Shown piece after piece: positions 18,214 through 27,286 of a stretch of 64,000 nucleotides of DNA. Positions within the stretch are counted from its first letter, which is position 1, and each line of letters begins with the position of its first letter. Under the pieces are notes generated by a model. That model ran no database searches, was not told the DNA's origin, and was given only the letters and a program-made list of their open reading frames with translations. The translations under genes were made by a program, and so were the position numbers. Source of the DNA: Candidatus Peregrinibacteria bacterium CG1_02_54_53 (lineage in GTDB: Bacteria > Patescibacteriota > Gracilibacteria > Peribacterales > Peribacteraceae); assembly GCA_001872575.1 (NCBI GenBank), contig MNWP01000020.1:8747-72746 (forward strand), given 5' to 3'.

Positions 18214-19244
18214 AACTTCTCTTTCGCACCGACGGCAATGCCACAATCGGCCTCGGGCACGTAATGCGTTGTCTGGCACTGGCGCAAGCGGCGCGTGAAG
18301 CCGGGCACTCATCAATATTCGTCATGACACCGAACGAAGAAAAAATCTCAGACCGTTTACAAGAGGAACATTGCACGGTGATCTCGATGAAGGCGAGGCC
18401 GGGAAGCAGAGAGGATGCGACTGAAACAGCAAACCTCGCCCGCGAGCACGGGGCGGACTGGATTATCGTGGACGGCTACCAATTCGACGGCGATTATCAA
18501 AAAGCTATTCGGGAAGGAGACGTCCCCCTTCTGTTTATCGATGACTATGGACATGCTAAGCAATACGCAGCCGACATCATCCTGAACCAGAATTTTTATG
18601 CCGAAGAAATGGAGTATCAAAGCGACGGAATATCGCCACAACTGTTACTCGGACCGCAATATGCGCTGCTGCGCCAGGAATTCGTGCAATGGAAGAGGCA
18701 CGACCGACTTATTACCGAAGAAGCCACCAAGATCCTGATCAGTATGGGTGGAGCCGATGCCGAAAATACAACGGGAAGGATACTGCAGTGTCTGCAGAAC
18801 CTTGACCGGACAGGGCTGGAAATCACCATAGTCAGTGGCGCCGCCAACCCGCACAAGAAACTGCTGGAAAAAGCTGCAGTAATATCGCGTCACCCCACAC
18901 ATCTGCTTTTCAATGTCACGAATATGGCTGCTCTGATGGCAGAAGCTGATATTGGCATCTCGGCGGGAGGCTCAACGTGCTATGAACTGCTGTATATGGG
19001 ACTACCGGCCATCGTGTTCATCACGGCTGATAATCAGGAACGTAATGTGCACGCCCTTGAACGGGGGCATGCGATCGTCGGTGCGGGAAGAAATGCCGAT
19101 ACGCTGACACATCTGCTCAAATCGCTTCTATCGGACCAATCGAAACGCGGCGCCCTGAGTATGAAAGGCCGTGGAATAGTGGATGGGCTGGGATGCTCTC
19201 GTGTACTCTCGGCCATGCAACTCACGCATGGAAAATGCCAATGA
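18210..19244 (+). CDS. pseG: UDP-2,4-diacetamido-2,4,6-trideoxy-beta-L-altropyranose hydrolase (PseG type, GT28-like fold)
   Basis: MKLLFRTDGNATIGLGHVMRCLALAQA...ISAGGSTCYELLYMGLPAI. The start overlaps the pseF stop. Confidence 0.85.
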   Translation: MKLLFRTDGNATIGLGHVMRCLALAQAAREAGHSSIFVMTPNEEKISDRLQEEHCTVISMKARPGSREDATETANLAREHGADWIIVDGYQFDGDYQKAIREGDVPLLFIDDYGHAKQYAADIILNQNFYAEEMEYQSDGISPQLLLGPQYALLRQEFVQWKRHDRLITEEATKILISMGGADAENTTGRILQCLQNLDRTGLEITIVSGAANPHKKLLEKAAVISRHPTHLLFNVTNMAALMAEADIGISAGGSTCYELLYMGLPAIVFITADNQERNVHALERGHAIVGAGRNADTLTHLLKSLLSDQSKRGALSMKGRGIVDGLGCSRVLSAMQLTHGKCQ

Positions 19245-20004
19245 CCCGCAGGCCCGCAAAGAGTTTTGGAACAGTCGAGCGCACCTGGGCCTGCAGGCAG
19301 GTTCGCAGGATATCACGGCCAAGAAATTGGAAATTGAGGCTATTGCCTCACATGTGAACGACGGCATGGCCGTACTGGATATCGGATGTGGCAACGGCAT
19401 TACCGCCATCGAACTAGCCCGCCGGTTTTCCGTAACCGTGACAGGAATCGACAATGCGGAAAAGATGGTCTCGGCCGCAGAAGAATTGGCGGCAAAAGAG
19501 ACACGGAAAGGGAAAACTTCGTTCCGCGTGGGAGATGCCACACGATTGCCAGTGGATGCCGGAATATTCGATGTTATCTACACCGAGCGCACGCTGATCA
19601 ATCTCTCAGATGGACAAATGCAGGAAAAAGCGATTGCGAACATCACGCGCCTGCTCGCGCCAGGCGGGAAGTACCTGATGTGCGAGAACAGTACGCAGGG
19701 TCTCAAACGTATTAATGATCTGCGTATCCAGCTCGGCCTAAAGGAAATCCAGCCTCCTTGGCACAACTGCTACATCGACGATGAGGCCATGAGGAAACTT
19801 GTTCTACCCGGCATTACTCTCGAGTGTGTTGAAGACTTCAGTGGCACGTACTATTTTTTAAGTCGCATTGTAAATGCGTATCTTGCTGCCCGGCGCGGAG
19901 AAGAACCAAAGTACGACGATCCCATCAATACACTTGCCCTCAGGCTGCCATCTCTCATTGAAGGCTTTGGGCAGACAAAGTTGTGGGTCTGGCGTGCATC
20001 ATGA
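19228..20004 (+). CDS. Class I SAM-dependent methyltransferase
   Basis: VLDIGCGNGITAIELARRF (motif I), FDVIYTERTLINL and LLAPGGKYLMCE. I prefer the ATG at 19228; the track start is 19183. Confidence 0.75.
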   Translation: MENANDPQARKEFWNSRAHLGLQAGSQDITAKKLEIEAIASHVNDGMAVLDIGCGNGITAIELARRFSVTVTGIDNAEKMVSAAEELAAKETRKGKTSFRVGDATRLPVDAGIFDVIYTERTLINLSDGQMQEKAIANITRLLAPGGKYLMCENSTQGLKRINDLRIQLGLKEIQPPWHNCYIDDEAMRKLVLPGITLECVEDFSGTYYFLSRIVNAYLAARRGEEPKYDDPINTLALRLPSLIEGFGQTKLWVWRAS

Positions 20005-21074
20005 AAGAGACTGTTGTCATCAACGGCCGAACTGTAGGAACAGGACATCCTGTCTACATCATCGCAGAACTCTCGGCGAACCATGGGGGAAATTTCGATC
20101 GCGCCATCGAAACAATCCGCGCAATGAAGGAATCAGGGGCGGATGCCGTGAAGCTGCAAACCTACACCGCTGATACAATGACGATTGAGAGTGATCGTGA
20201 AGAATTCAGAATCAAAGGAACGATGTGGGAGGGAAAAACACTGCACCAGCTCTACAGCGAAGCCATGACACCATGGGAGTGGCAGCCAAAGCTCAAGGCG
20301 GAAGCAGAACGTCTGGGGCTCGACTGCTTTTCAAGTCCTTTCGACGCCACGGCCATCGAATTTCTGGAAAAGATGAACGTGCCCGCTTACAAGATCGCCT
20401 CGTTTGAGATCACCGATCTCCCTCTCATCGCGTTTGCGGCGCGCAAAGGCAAGCCAATGATCATTTCAACGGGCATGGCAAGCGAGCAGGAGATTCAGGA
20501 AGCCGTTGCGTGCTCACAATCGGTCGGTAATGACCAGATCATTCTACTCAAATGCACGAGCGCCTACCCCGCACCGCCTGAGGAGATGAACCTGCGCACG
20601 ATTCCGGATATGCGCGAACGCTTCAAGGTTCCTATCGGCCTCTCGGATCACTCACTCGAACTCGCCATTCCCATAGCCGCAGTGGCATTGGGTGCTTGCG
20701 CCATTGAAAAACACTTCTGCCTTTCGAGAAAGGAACCAGGACCCGATACTGCTTTCTCACTGGAGCCGCAGGAATTCCGTGTCATGGTGGATACCGTGCG
20801 CATAACGGAACGCGCCCTTGGCACAGTGTCATACGAACCGAGTGAGAAAGAGAAAACGAGCAAAAAATTCAGGCGTTCGCTCTATGCCGTTGAGCCGATC
20901 GCGAAAGGAGAAGTCTTCACAGAGAAAAATATCCGCTCCATCCGCCCTGCAAACGGTTTGCCGCCAAAAGAACTCCCGAATGTTCTGGGCAAGCACGCCA
21001 AAAGCGACATTGAGCGGGGAACGCCCCTTACGTGGAATCTCATCGAGACAAAGAACACCGCCAAAGAAGATTGA
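20001..21074 (+). CDS. pseI: Pseudaminic acid synthase
   Basis: MKETVVINGRTVGTGHPVYIIAELSANHGGNFDRAIETIRAMKESGADAVKLQTYT...MWEGKTLHQLYSEAMTPWEW...YKIASFE...LKCTSAYPAP...GLSDHS aligns along its whole length with the PseI I remember from Campylobacter. The start forms an ATGA overlap with the methyltransferase stop. Confidence 0.9.
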   Translation: MKETVVINGRTVGTGHPVYIIAELSANHGGNFDRAIETIRAMKESGADAVKLQTYTADTMTIESDREEFRIKGTMWEGKTLHQLYSEAMTPWEWQPKLKAEAERLGLDCFSSPFDATAIEFLEKMNVPAYKIASFEITDLPLIAFAARKGKPMIISTGMASEQEIQEAVACSQSVGNDQIILLKCTSAYPAPPEEMNLRTIPDMRERFKVPIGLSDHSLELAIPIAAVALGACAIEKHFCLSRKEPGPDTAFSLEPQEFRVMVDTVRITERALGTVSYEPSEKEKTSKKFRRSLYAVEPIAKGEVFTEKNIRSIRPANGLPPKELPNVLGKHAKSDIERGTPLTWNLIETKNTAKED

Positions 21075-21093
21075 ATGACGGGGCCCCTTCGGT

Positions 21094-22590
21094 ATGATCG
21101 CGTCAATGGATCGGCTGAACGTCATTCTGAAGGCTTTTGACGGTGACCCGTTGGATAAGAAGTATGTGCTTGAGCGCGCATTCAAAAATATTCCATTGGG
21201 GACGTACGTTTCGATTTGTGACAAGAAGGAGGGATCACCTGTCCTGCAGGCGGATGAGGAAATTTGGCTTGAGGCGGCTCTGTTTCGGGAAGGGCGATAC
21301 AGTGAAGAGGAACTGAATGCGTGCGCCCCGATTGACGAAGCACTTATTGAGAGCATGCGGCACTACGAAGCGGTCTTCATGGATATGGTGGACCGGTATG
21401 CGAACAAAATGGAAGAATTTCTCATATCGGGCGACGTGCCCTACGCCGAGCGTAAGCGGATCTACTACGCCAATCTGCGGTACTGGAACCACATGCTCGA
21501 ATCAAAGAAAATCGACGTGGTCCTCATGAACCATGAACCGCATCAGTGCTACGACTACGTGCTCTACGGGCTCTGCAAAGTAAAGAACATCCCCATCCTC
21601 TACCTCGCCAGAGTATTCACGATCGATACGTGCTTCGTCGTGGCAGACTGGGAAAATCCTGCACCGGAACTGCGCGAAGCGCTCTTGAGGCTTCACGAGG
21701 AGGAGCCTGACCCGAACAAACCCGTGGAGCTCTCGAAAAATTACGAGGCATACTTCGATCTCTTCCGGAACAAACAACCGGCTCCATGGTACAAACCAAA
21801 GGGCGTGAAGCTGAAGCCACAGAGATTCGTTTCGCGGTGGTGGAGGCAGGCAATCAAGATCCTCAAGCGGGATCCGAAACGCTTTGTCGTCTCCCTGTTC
21901 TCAGGACAGTTCTGGTCGCGCAAACTCCACCAGCACAAGGCCATTCAATTCTACGACCAGCACATCAGGGTGCCGAACCTCAACAAGCCATTCATCTACA
22001 TCGCTTTACACTACCAGCCCGAAGCCACGACGCTGCCGTTAGCCGGCGCGTATGTGGAGCAGGACCGCATCATCCAGCTGCTGGCCGCCCATCTCCCCCC
22101 GCACGTGGGCATCTACGTCAAAGAGCATCCCGCGCAGAGCGAACGATGCCGCAGCGAGGCCTTTTATCAATCTCTCCTCGCCATCCCCTCCGTGACATTC
22201 ATCCCACGGGAAACAGATACGTATGAGCTTGTCGATCGCTGCCTGGCGGTCGCCACGGCCACGGGGACCGTCGGCTTCGAGGCGATGATGCGCCAAAAAC
22301 CTGTGCTCATGTTCGGCCATTTCGTCTATCAGTACGCTCCTGGCATCTACCAAATCCGCACCGTCGAAGATTGTAAATCTGCCATTCAAGAAATCATGAG
22401 TCAAAAGGAGCCACATACGGTGCGTGATGTGCGCATGTTCCTCAAGGCGCTTGAGCAATGCGCCACCCCCTTCCCCGGCCCACCCGATAGCCCTTTCGAG
22501 GAATACACTCAGAGGGAGAAATCTGAGCTGGTTGGTGCACTCATTGAGCAAAAAATACGCTCCGTCGTCAGCGGCTTACCCGCCATTTAA
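21094..22590 (+). CDS. Capsule_synth (KpsS/KpsC)-like putative ulosonic-acid glycosyltransferase, paralog A
   Basis: FIYIALHYQPEATTLPLAG...GIYVKEHPAQ...AVATATGTVGFEAMMRQKPVLMFG matches the KpsS layout as I recall it (LQV.NDSQI ... IKHHP ... TINSTAG.SALI..KPL). The family assignment is by recollection only. Confidence 0.5.
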   Translation: MIASMDRLNVILKAFDGDPLDKKYVLERAFKNIPLGTYVSICDKKEGSPVLQADEEIWLEAALFREGRYSEEELNACAPIDEALIESMRHYEAVFMDMVDRYANKMEEFLISGDVPYAERKRIYYANLRYWNHMLESKKIDVVLMNHEPHQCYDYVLYGLCKVKNIPILYLARVFTIDTCFVVADWENPAPELREALLRLHEEEPDPNKPVELSKNYEAYFDLFRNKQPAPWYKPKGVKLKPQRFVSRWWRQAIKILKRDPKRFVVSLFSGQFWSRKLHQHKAIQFYDQHIRVPNLNKPFIYIALHYQPEATTLPLAGAYVEQDRIIQLLAAHLPPHVGIYVKEHPAQSERCRSEAFYQSLLAIPSVTFIPRETDTYELVDRCLAVATATGTVGFEAMMRQKPVLMFGHFVYQYAPGIYQIRTVEDCKSAIQEIMSQKEPHTVRDVRMFLKALEQCATPFPGPPDSPFEEYTQREKSELVGALIEQKIRSVVSGLPAI

Positions 22591-24119
22591 GCCTTAACAC
22601 CAAAGCACGTATCCAGCTCCTCGATGATCGCTGCGCTGCAAGATTGAGCATTCTCATCTTTACTCAAACGAGACACGTTGAAGCAGAAAGGATCGGTAAC
22701 ACCGTGCACACAGGTTTCCTCCATTGCTTTCAAAAGCAGCCGGCATTCAAGGAGGGTCGGCACCTTGCCTTCGGCAAAAATGGAATGGATCGCCTGACGG
22801 CAATCTTCACGCGTGTGAATACGATACGCACCAGACGCATATTGGTAGTAGCAATGACCGAAAAGAAGAACCGGCTTGCCGCGAAAGAGCCCTTCGAATC
22901 CTGCCGTCCCCGCCGCCGTGACCGTGGCCCTGCAGTGTTCACGCAGCATAAACGTATCAAATCCCCTCGGCACAAACCGCACCTTGGAAAGATTTGCAAA
23001 CCTACGGTAGAAATCCGCATCGCGCTTCTGCGTACCGCTCGGTCGTGGGTGTTCCTTCACATAGATGAGAACATCATCCGGAAGCAGGGCATTGAGCATT
23101 TGCGCAACCAGAATCTGATCTGCATATCCTCCGGCCTGCGGTACGGTGGTCGCCTCCGGTTGATAGTGAAGAGGCATATAGACAAACGGGTGGCTCAAAT
23201 CGGGCGAAGCTGCATGTGTGTTGTAGAACGCATTTGCCTTTCGCCGAACTCGCCACCGTCTCCATGCACCGAAAGCGCGGTTGATGCCTGAGGGCGTGAG
23301 GTAGCGCAGAGCGTAGAGAAGAAAAAAGAATGGCTTATGCACAAATAAACGATAGGCGGTTTTTCTGAACGGCACGTACACTTCTTGTTCCTCAAGAGGT
23401 GGCGTTTGGCCGGCACTGCGGGTGAGCGCGCAGTAACGCTGCTCAAACCGCTCCTGTAGCGGTATGGAAAGAGGGTCACTCTCCGGGGCATACTGCACAC
23501 GGAGCTCCTCAAAGCGCTTGCCGGTCTGGAGGTTAGATTCCTCCCAGTCATATTCGATAAATGACGTATCACGAATGGCGGATACGCCGAAGAACACCAC
23601 CGGTATCTTCTTCAGCTTGCAGAGATAATAAATAACGATGTCCGGAATCTCATGCGGGATCCATGCCGAAAGATACAGATTGATGCGCTGACGTGTCAGA
23701 TAATCATTCCAGAATCTCAGGTGACGAAAGTACCACTGCTTGCGTATGTCGTACGAAACACGTTTTTTCCATTCAAGCCGCGACACAATCTCCATGAAAA
23801 TCGCTTCGCACTCCCGCATATTCTCAATAAGTTCCTCATCGAGCGGCTGAAGCTTGGTCCAATCCACATCGGAATACTGGCCCCCTCGTATCTGACTCGA
23901 GATGAACCATTCCTGTTGCTCCGCAGGAATCGTTTGAAAGTATCTCGGCTGAACCCCGCTCGAAATAATTCCGCAAAACTCAAAGGGATGCTGTGCGAGC
24001 ACCCGTTCTATAATCCGGACAGAGAAGTCAGCGGAGAACCGCCCCACGATCGCACGAATGGGTTTCTGCATCGAAAAAAGTATGGCGCGAATCATCCTCA
24101 GCAACAAGGTGGCCCTCAA
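22587..24119 (-). CDS. Capsule_synth (KpsS/KpsC)-like putative ulosonic-acid glycosyltransferase, paralog B
   Basis: FVYMPLHYQPEATTVPQAG...LIYVKEHPRP...ATVTAAGTAGFEGLFRGKPVLLFG. It is clearly paralogous to 21094-22590 along its length. The start may be internal (M at 24071). Confidence 0.5.
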   Translation of the reverse strand: MRATLLLRMIRAILFSMQKPIRAIVGRFSADFSVRIIERVLAQHPFEFCGIISSGVQPRYFQTIPAEQQEWFISSQIRGGQYSDVDWTKLQPLDEELIENMRECEAIFMEIVSRLEWKKRVSYDIRKQWYFRHLRFWNDYLTRQRINLYLSAWIPHEIPDIVIYYLCKLKKIPVVFFGVSAIRDTSFIEYDWEESNLQTGKRFEELRVQYAPESDPLSIPLQERFEQRYCALTRSAGQTPPLEEQEVYVPFRKTAYRLFVHKPFFFLLYALRYLTPSGINRAFGAWRRWRVRRKANAFYNTHAASPDLSHPFVYMPLHYQPEATTVPQAGGYADQILVAQMLNALLPDDVLIYVKEHPRPSGTQKRDADFYRRFANLSKVRFVPRGFDTFMLREHCRATVTAAGTAGFEGLFRGKPVLLFGHCYYQYASGAYRIHTREDCRQAIHSIFAEGKVPTLLECRLLLKAMEETCVHGVTDPFCFNVSRLSKDENAQSCSAAIIEELDTCFGVKA

Positions 24120-24140
24120 GAAAATCCGGCTTCTGCACCC

Positions 24141-25955
24141 TTAAAACCTCTGCTGCTCCCACAGAGCGAAGAATGCTCCCTCCTTCTCTAAAAGTTCCTG
24201 CAGCATTCCCTGTTCCACAATGCGTCCTTCATCAACAACAATGATCTTGTCGGCATGCTTGATCGTACTCAGGCGGTGCGCGATGACGATGGAAGTTCTG
24301 CCCGAAACGGCATCGTCGATCGCTTCCTGAATGAGCGCCTCCGTCTTACTATCAAGAGAACTGGTTGCTTCGTCCAAGATGAGAATCTCTGCATTTTTGA
24401 GTAACGCCCGGGCAATAGAAACGCGCTGCTTCTCGCCGCCCGAGAGCCGCACCCCGCGATCCCCGATAAGTGTATCGAGCCCCTGCGGAAGCTTGCCGAT
24501 GAAATCCTGCAGACGTGCGCGCTTCAGCGCCTCCTGCAGACGATCTTCCGACACATCATGCAAGCCATAAGTGATGTTATAGCGGAGCGTATCGTGCAGA
24601 AGGAGCGTTTCCTGGCTCACGAGGGCCACGCGACCCAGATAAGACTCAAGGGTGAATTCGCGGATATCGGTACTATCAATAAACAACGTGCCGGGAGGGC
24701 AGTCGTAGTACCGCATGAGCAGACTGATGAGCGTCGATTTGCCGCCGCCCGTGGGGCCGACAATGGCAGTCATCTTTCCTTTCTGAATATCGAAAGAGAC
24801 GCCCTGCAGCACCTGCCGATCATCAAAGTAGCTGAATGTCAGATTCTTGAAATCGATGGAATGTTGAAGGCCGGGAAATACCGTGTCTCCTCCACGAACG
24901 AAGTATTTGCCTTCTTTGTCGAAGATTTCGAGTACGGCATCCATCGGACCGCTGGCATTCGCGATTACACCGCGAAAACCCGAGACAGTGCCGAACTTAC
25001 TTGAGGCATTGATGATGATGTAAAAATAGACGAGCAACGAAGGGGCCGAGGCGATTTGTTCGCGCCCGAAAACGTAGAATGATCCCACGATGATCACCGA
25101 CACCACAAGGAGTGTGATGATCTCCTGCATGGGCAGAAGCATCCCCAGGAGCAATCGCACGCGGAAATCGAGTGATGCTTTTTGATTGCTGATACGTCTG
25201 TAATTTTCCTGTTCCTTTTTTTCCGTCTGGTAGGACTTTACGAGAGAAATCGTCGAGAGGATTTCGATGGATTTCTTGCCGAGCGCACTTCCTTGTGCCG
25301 CAATGGAACGCGAGAGATGCTTGATCCGCGTGATCATGAACTTGATTGCAAGATGGAGAACAACGAAGAGCGGCAACGCCACGAGCGTGAGCTTCCAGGA
25401 AATACCGATCAGCACGATCAGGTAAACGATGAGCGAGAGCAGTGCACCGGCAAAGCCGTCCACCGCCGTCAGGGGATAGAGGGCGTTCTGTGAAAATTGC
25501 AGGAGCAGCGTGGAGTGATGACCCACATTCGTCGTATCGAAGAAGAGTTTGCCGAAACTTAAATACTTGGCAAAAAGCGCCTTGCGCAGATGGTGCAGGC
25601 ACCGCTCCGAGAAATATCCCATTGTGGCATTCGCAAGAAAACGAAGGAAATTCTTGAGCGTATAGACGCCGATGAATCCTCCCAGGAAGGTCATAAAAAC
25701 CAGACGGTCATTCGCAAGTAGAGTAGAGGGCAGCATCTGCAGAAGCTTTCCCAGAATCGGAATGTCCGTGGCGAAGGCAAAACTCTTGTTGAGGAATCCG
25801 TTGAGAATGGGAATGAGCAATCCCATACCCATACCCTCAAAGGCCGCCGCAAGCAGCGTGAACGAGAGCGGGATCAGAAGAAAGGCCGGGTGAATGCGAA
25901 TCTCCCGGAGCAGTAAGAGTGTCTTCCCCACGTTCGAGCGTTCGCTCTTTGGCAT
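24141..25955 (-). CDS. ABC exporter, fused permease and ATPase (MsbA/ABCB-like type I exporter)
   Basis: 604 aa. The N-terminal half has 6 predicted TM segments. GPTGGGKST (Walker A), LSGGEKQRVSIARAL (signature) and ILILDEATSSLD (Walker B). Confidence 0.9.
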   Translation of the reverse strand: MPKSERSNVGKTLLLLREIRIHPAFLLIPLSFTLLAAAFEGMGMGLLIPILNGFLNKSFAFATDIPILGKLLQMLPSTLLANDRLVFMTFLGGFIGVYTLKNFLRFLANATMGYFSERCLHHLRKALFAKYLSFGKLFFDTTNVGHHSTLLLQFSQNALYPLTAVDGFAGALLSLIVYLIVLIGISWKLTLVALPLFVVLHLAIKFMITRIKHLSRSIAAQGSALGKKSIEILSTISLVKSYQTEKKEQENYRRISNQKASLDFRVRLLLGMLLPMQEIITLLVVSVIIVGSFYVFGREQIASAPSLLVYFYIIINASSKFGTVSGFRGVIANASGPMDAVLEIFDKEGKYFVRGGDTVFPGLQHSIDFKNLTFSYFDDRQVLQGVSFDIQKGKMTAIVGPTGGGKSTLISLLMRYYDCPPGTLFIDSTDIREFTLESYLGRVALVSQETLLLHDTLRYNITYGLHDVSEDRLQEALKRARLQDFIGKLPQGLDTLIGDRGVRLSGGEKQRVSIARALLKNAEILILDEATSSLDSKTEALIQEAIDDAVSGRTSIVIAHRLSTIKHADKIIVVDEGRIVEQGMLQELLEKEGAFFALWEQQRF

Positions 25956-26031
25956 CCTCTCAACGCTACCGTAAGCGCGGTATGATCACAAGAAGCGTAG
26001 AGGAGAAAGGGAAAGTTCCTCCATCTCCCGA

Positions 26032-26102
26032 CCCCTTCCTCCACGAAAGGAAGGGGGGACAACTACAAACACACACATTCCCCTCCTCCTGTGGAGGAGG
26101 GG
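26032..26102. repeat. Two polypyrimidine/polypurine hairpins separated by an A/C-rich spacer
   Basis: CCCCTTCC(26032-26039)-N9-GGAAGGGG(26049-26056); spacer acaactacaaacacacacatt; CCCCTCCTCC(26080-26089)-tgt-GGAGGAGGGG(26093-26102). The element spans the stop codon and last codons of the GT4 gene. Confidence 0.65.
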
Positions 26103-27286
26103 TAAGGGGTGGAGGAAATCCGTTCGTACACCGCCCGCAGCGCGCGTGCCGAAGCGACGAGGGAATACCGCTCCAGCACCTGTGTGCGATATCGCCGCCC
26201 TTCTTCCATGCGTGCCGGAAGAGGCAGCGCGAGGAACTCCTGCACACGTTGCACGAGAGCATCACTATCACGAAGCGGAACAACAAGAGAGGGGTCTATC
26301 GGTGTAAGTACTTCGCGAACCGCTCCCGCATCGAATGCGAATGCCGGTCGCCCGCAGGCGAGCGCCTCGATGAGCGAGAGCCCGAATCCCTCATACAGCG
26401 ATGTGGAAATCAGCACAGCAGAGCGCTGAATGAGAGAAACGATTTCGGTATCGCTCACCGTACCGAAGATCGTGACTCCTGATATGTTCTCAAGCACGGA
26501 ACGTTGCGCGGGTGAGCGCTTCCCCACATCGGCAATGCGGACACCTTCTTTTGTGAGTGCTGCGTAAGTATCGAGCAGGTATCGAAACCCTTTGCGTGGA
26601 TGAAGGAATGATCCAACAGCAATGATATCAAACTCCGGTTCTCGGTCGGCAGCGGATGTGAATCGTTCACCATCTACTCCATTCGACACAATGGAAATTT
26701 TTTCAGACGGAATGTCGTAGTCGCTTGATAGTCTCTCTTGCACGGTACGCGACACCGTCATGACATGAGGGAGCGTGCGGCAGAGATACCGTTGCCAGCG
26801 AACCAAGAAGAAGTACTTCATCCTCCATGCAAGTGTCTGAAAGCCGGAAGTTTCTGCACACGCCACCTCGCGATCTGCCGTGACGGGATGGTGAACAGCG
26901 TAGAGCACAGGGACCCCCGTCTGCGTGAGACATGTGAATTGCGGACCCAACGTCTGATTGAGGTGGAGAATGTCGAACTGTTTCCAGAAAGAATGACTGA
27001 CTGGATAGGTTTTGAGCACCGCATGTGCAAAGCGCCAGTCGGCGAAACCATAGTAGTAGGACCCAAGCCGCGCTTTCAGCTCGACCACTCGCACGTTCGG
27101 CGGGAGTGGAGCGTTATGGGGACGCACGCTGCTCGTGAGAATCGTAAACCCGACATCGGGCAACGCGCGAAAGAGCGGGAGGTGATTACCACCCTTGAAG
27201 ACATCGAGAAACGGCATCAGTACACAGACACGCACGAGGCTATCGTAGTACCATACGCAACGCATGCTAAGCATTCTCTCACGCAT
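26063..27286 (-). CDS. Glycosyltransferase family 4 (GT-B, Glycos_transf_1)
   Basis: ...FDIIAVGSFLHPRKGFRYLL...STSLYEGFGLSLIEALACGRPAFAFDAGAVREV is the EX7E region. The true start is probably internal (GTG at 27235 or ATG at 27217), because the track start overlaps the divergent gene at 27264. Confidence 0.85.
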   Translation of the reverse strand: MRERMLSMRCVWYYDSLVRVCVLMPFLDVFKGGNHLPLFRALPDVGFTILTSSVRPHNAPLPPNVRVVELKARLGSYYYGFADWRFAHAVLKTYPVSHSFWKQFDILHLNQTLGPQFTCLTQTGVPVLYAVHHPVTADREVACAETSGFQTLAWRMKYFFLVRWQRYLCRTLPHVMTVSRTVQERLSSDYDIPSEKISIVSNGVDGERFTSAADREPEFDIIAVGSFLHPRKGFRYLLDTYAALTKEGVRIADVGKRSPAQRSVLENISGVTIFGTVSDTEIVSLIQRSAVLISTSLYEGFGLSLIEALACGRPAFAFDAGAVREVLTPIDPSLVVPLRDSDALVQRVQEFLALPLPARMEEGRRYRTQVLERYSLVASARALRAVYERISSTPYPSSTGGGECVCL

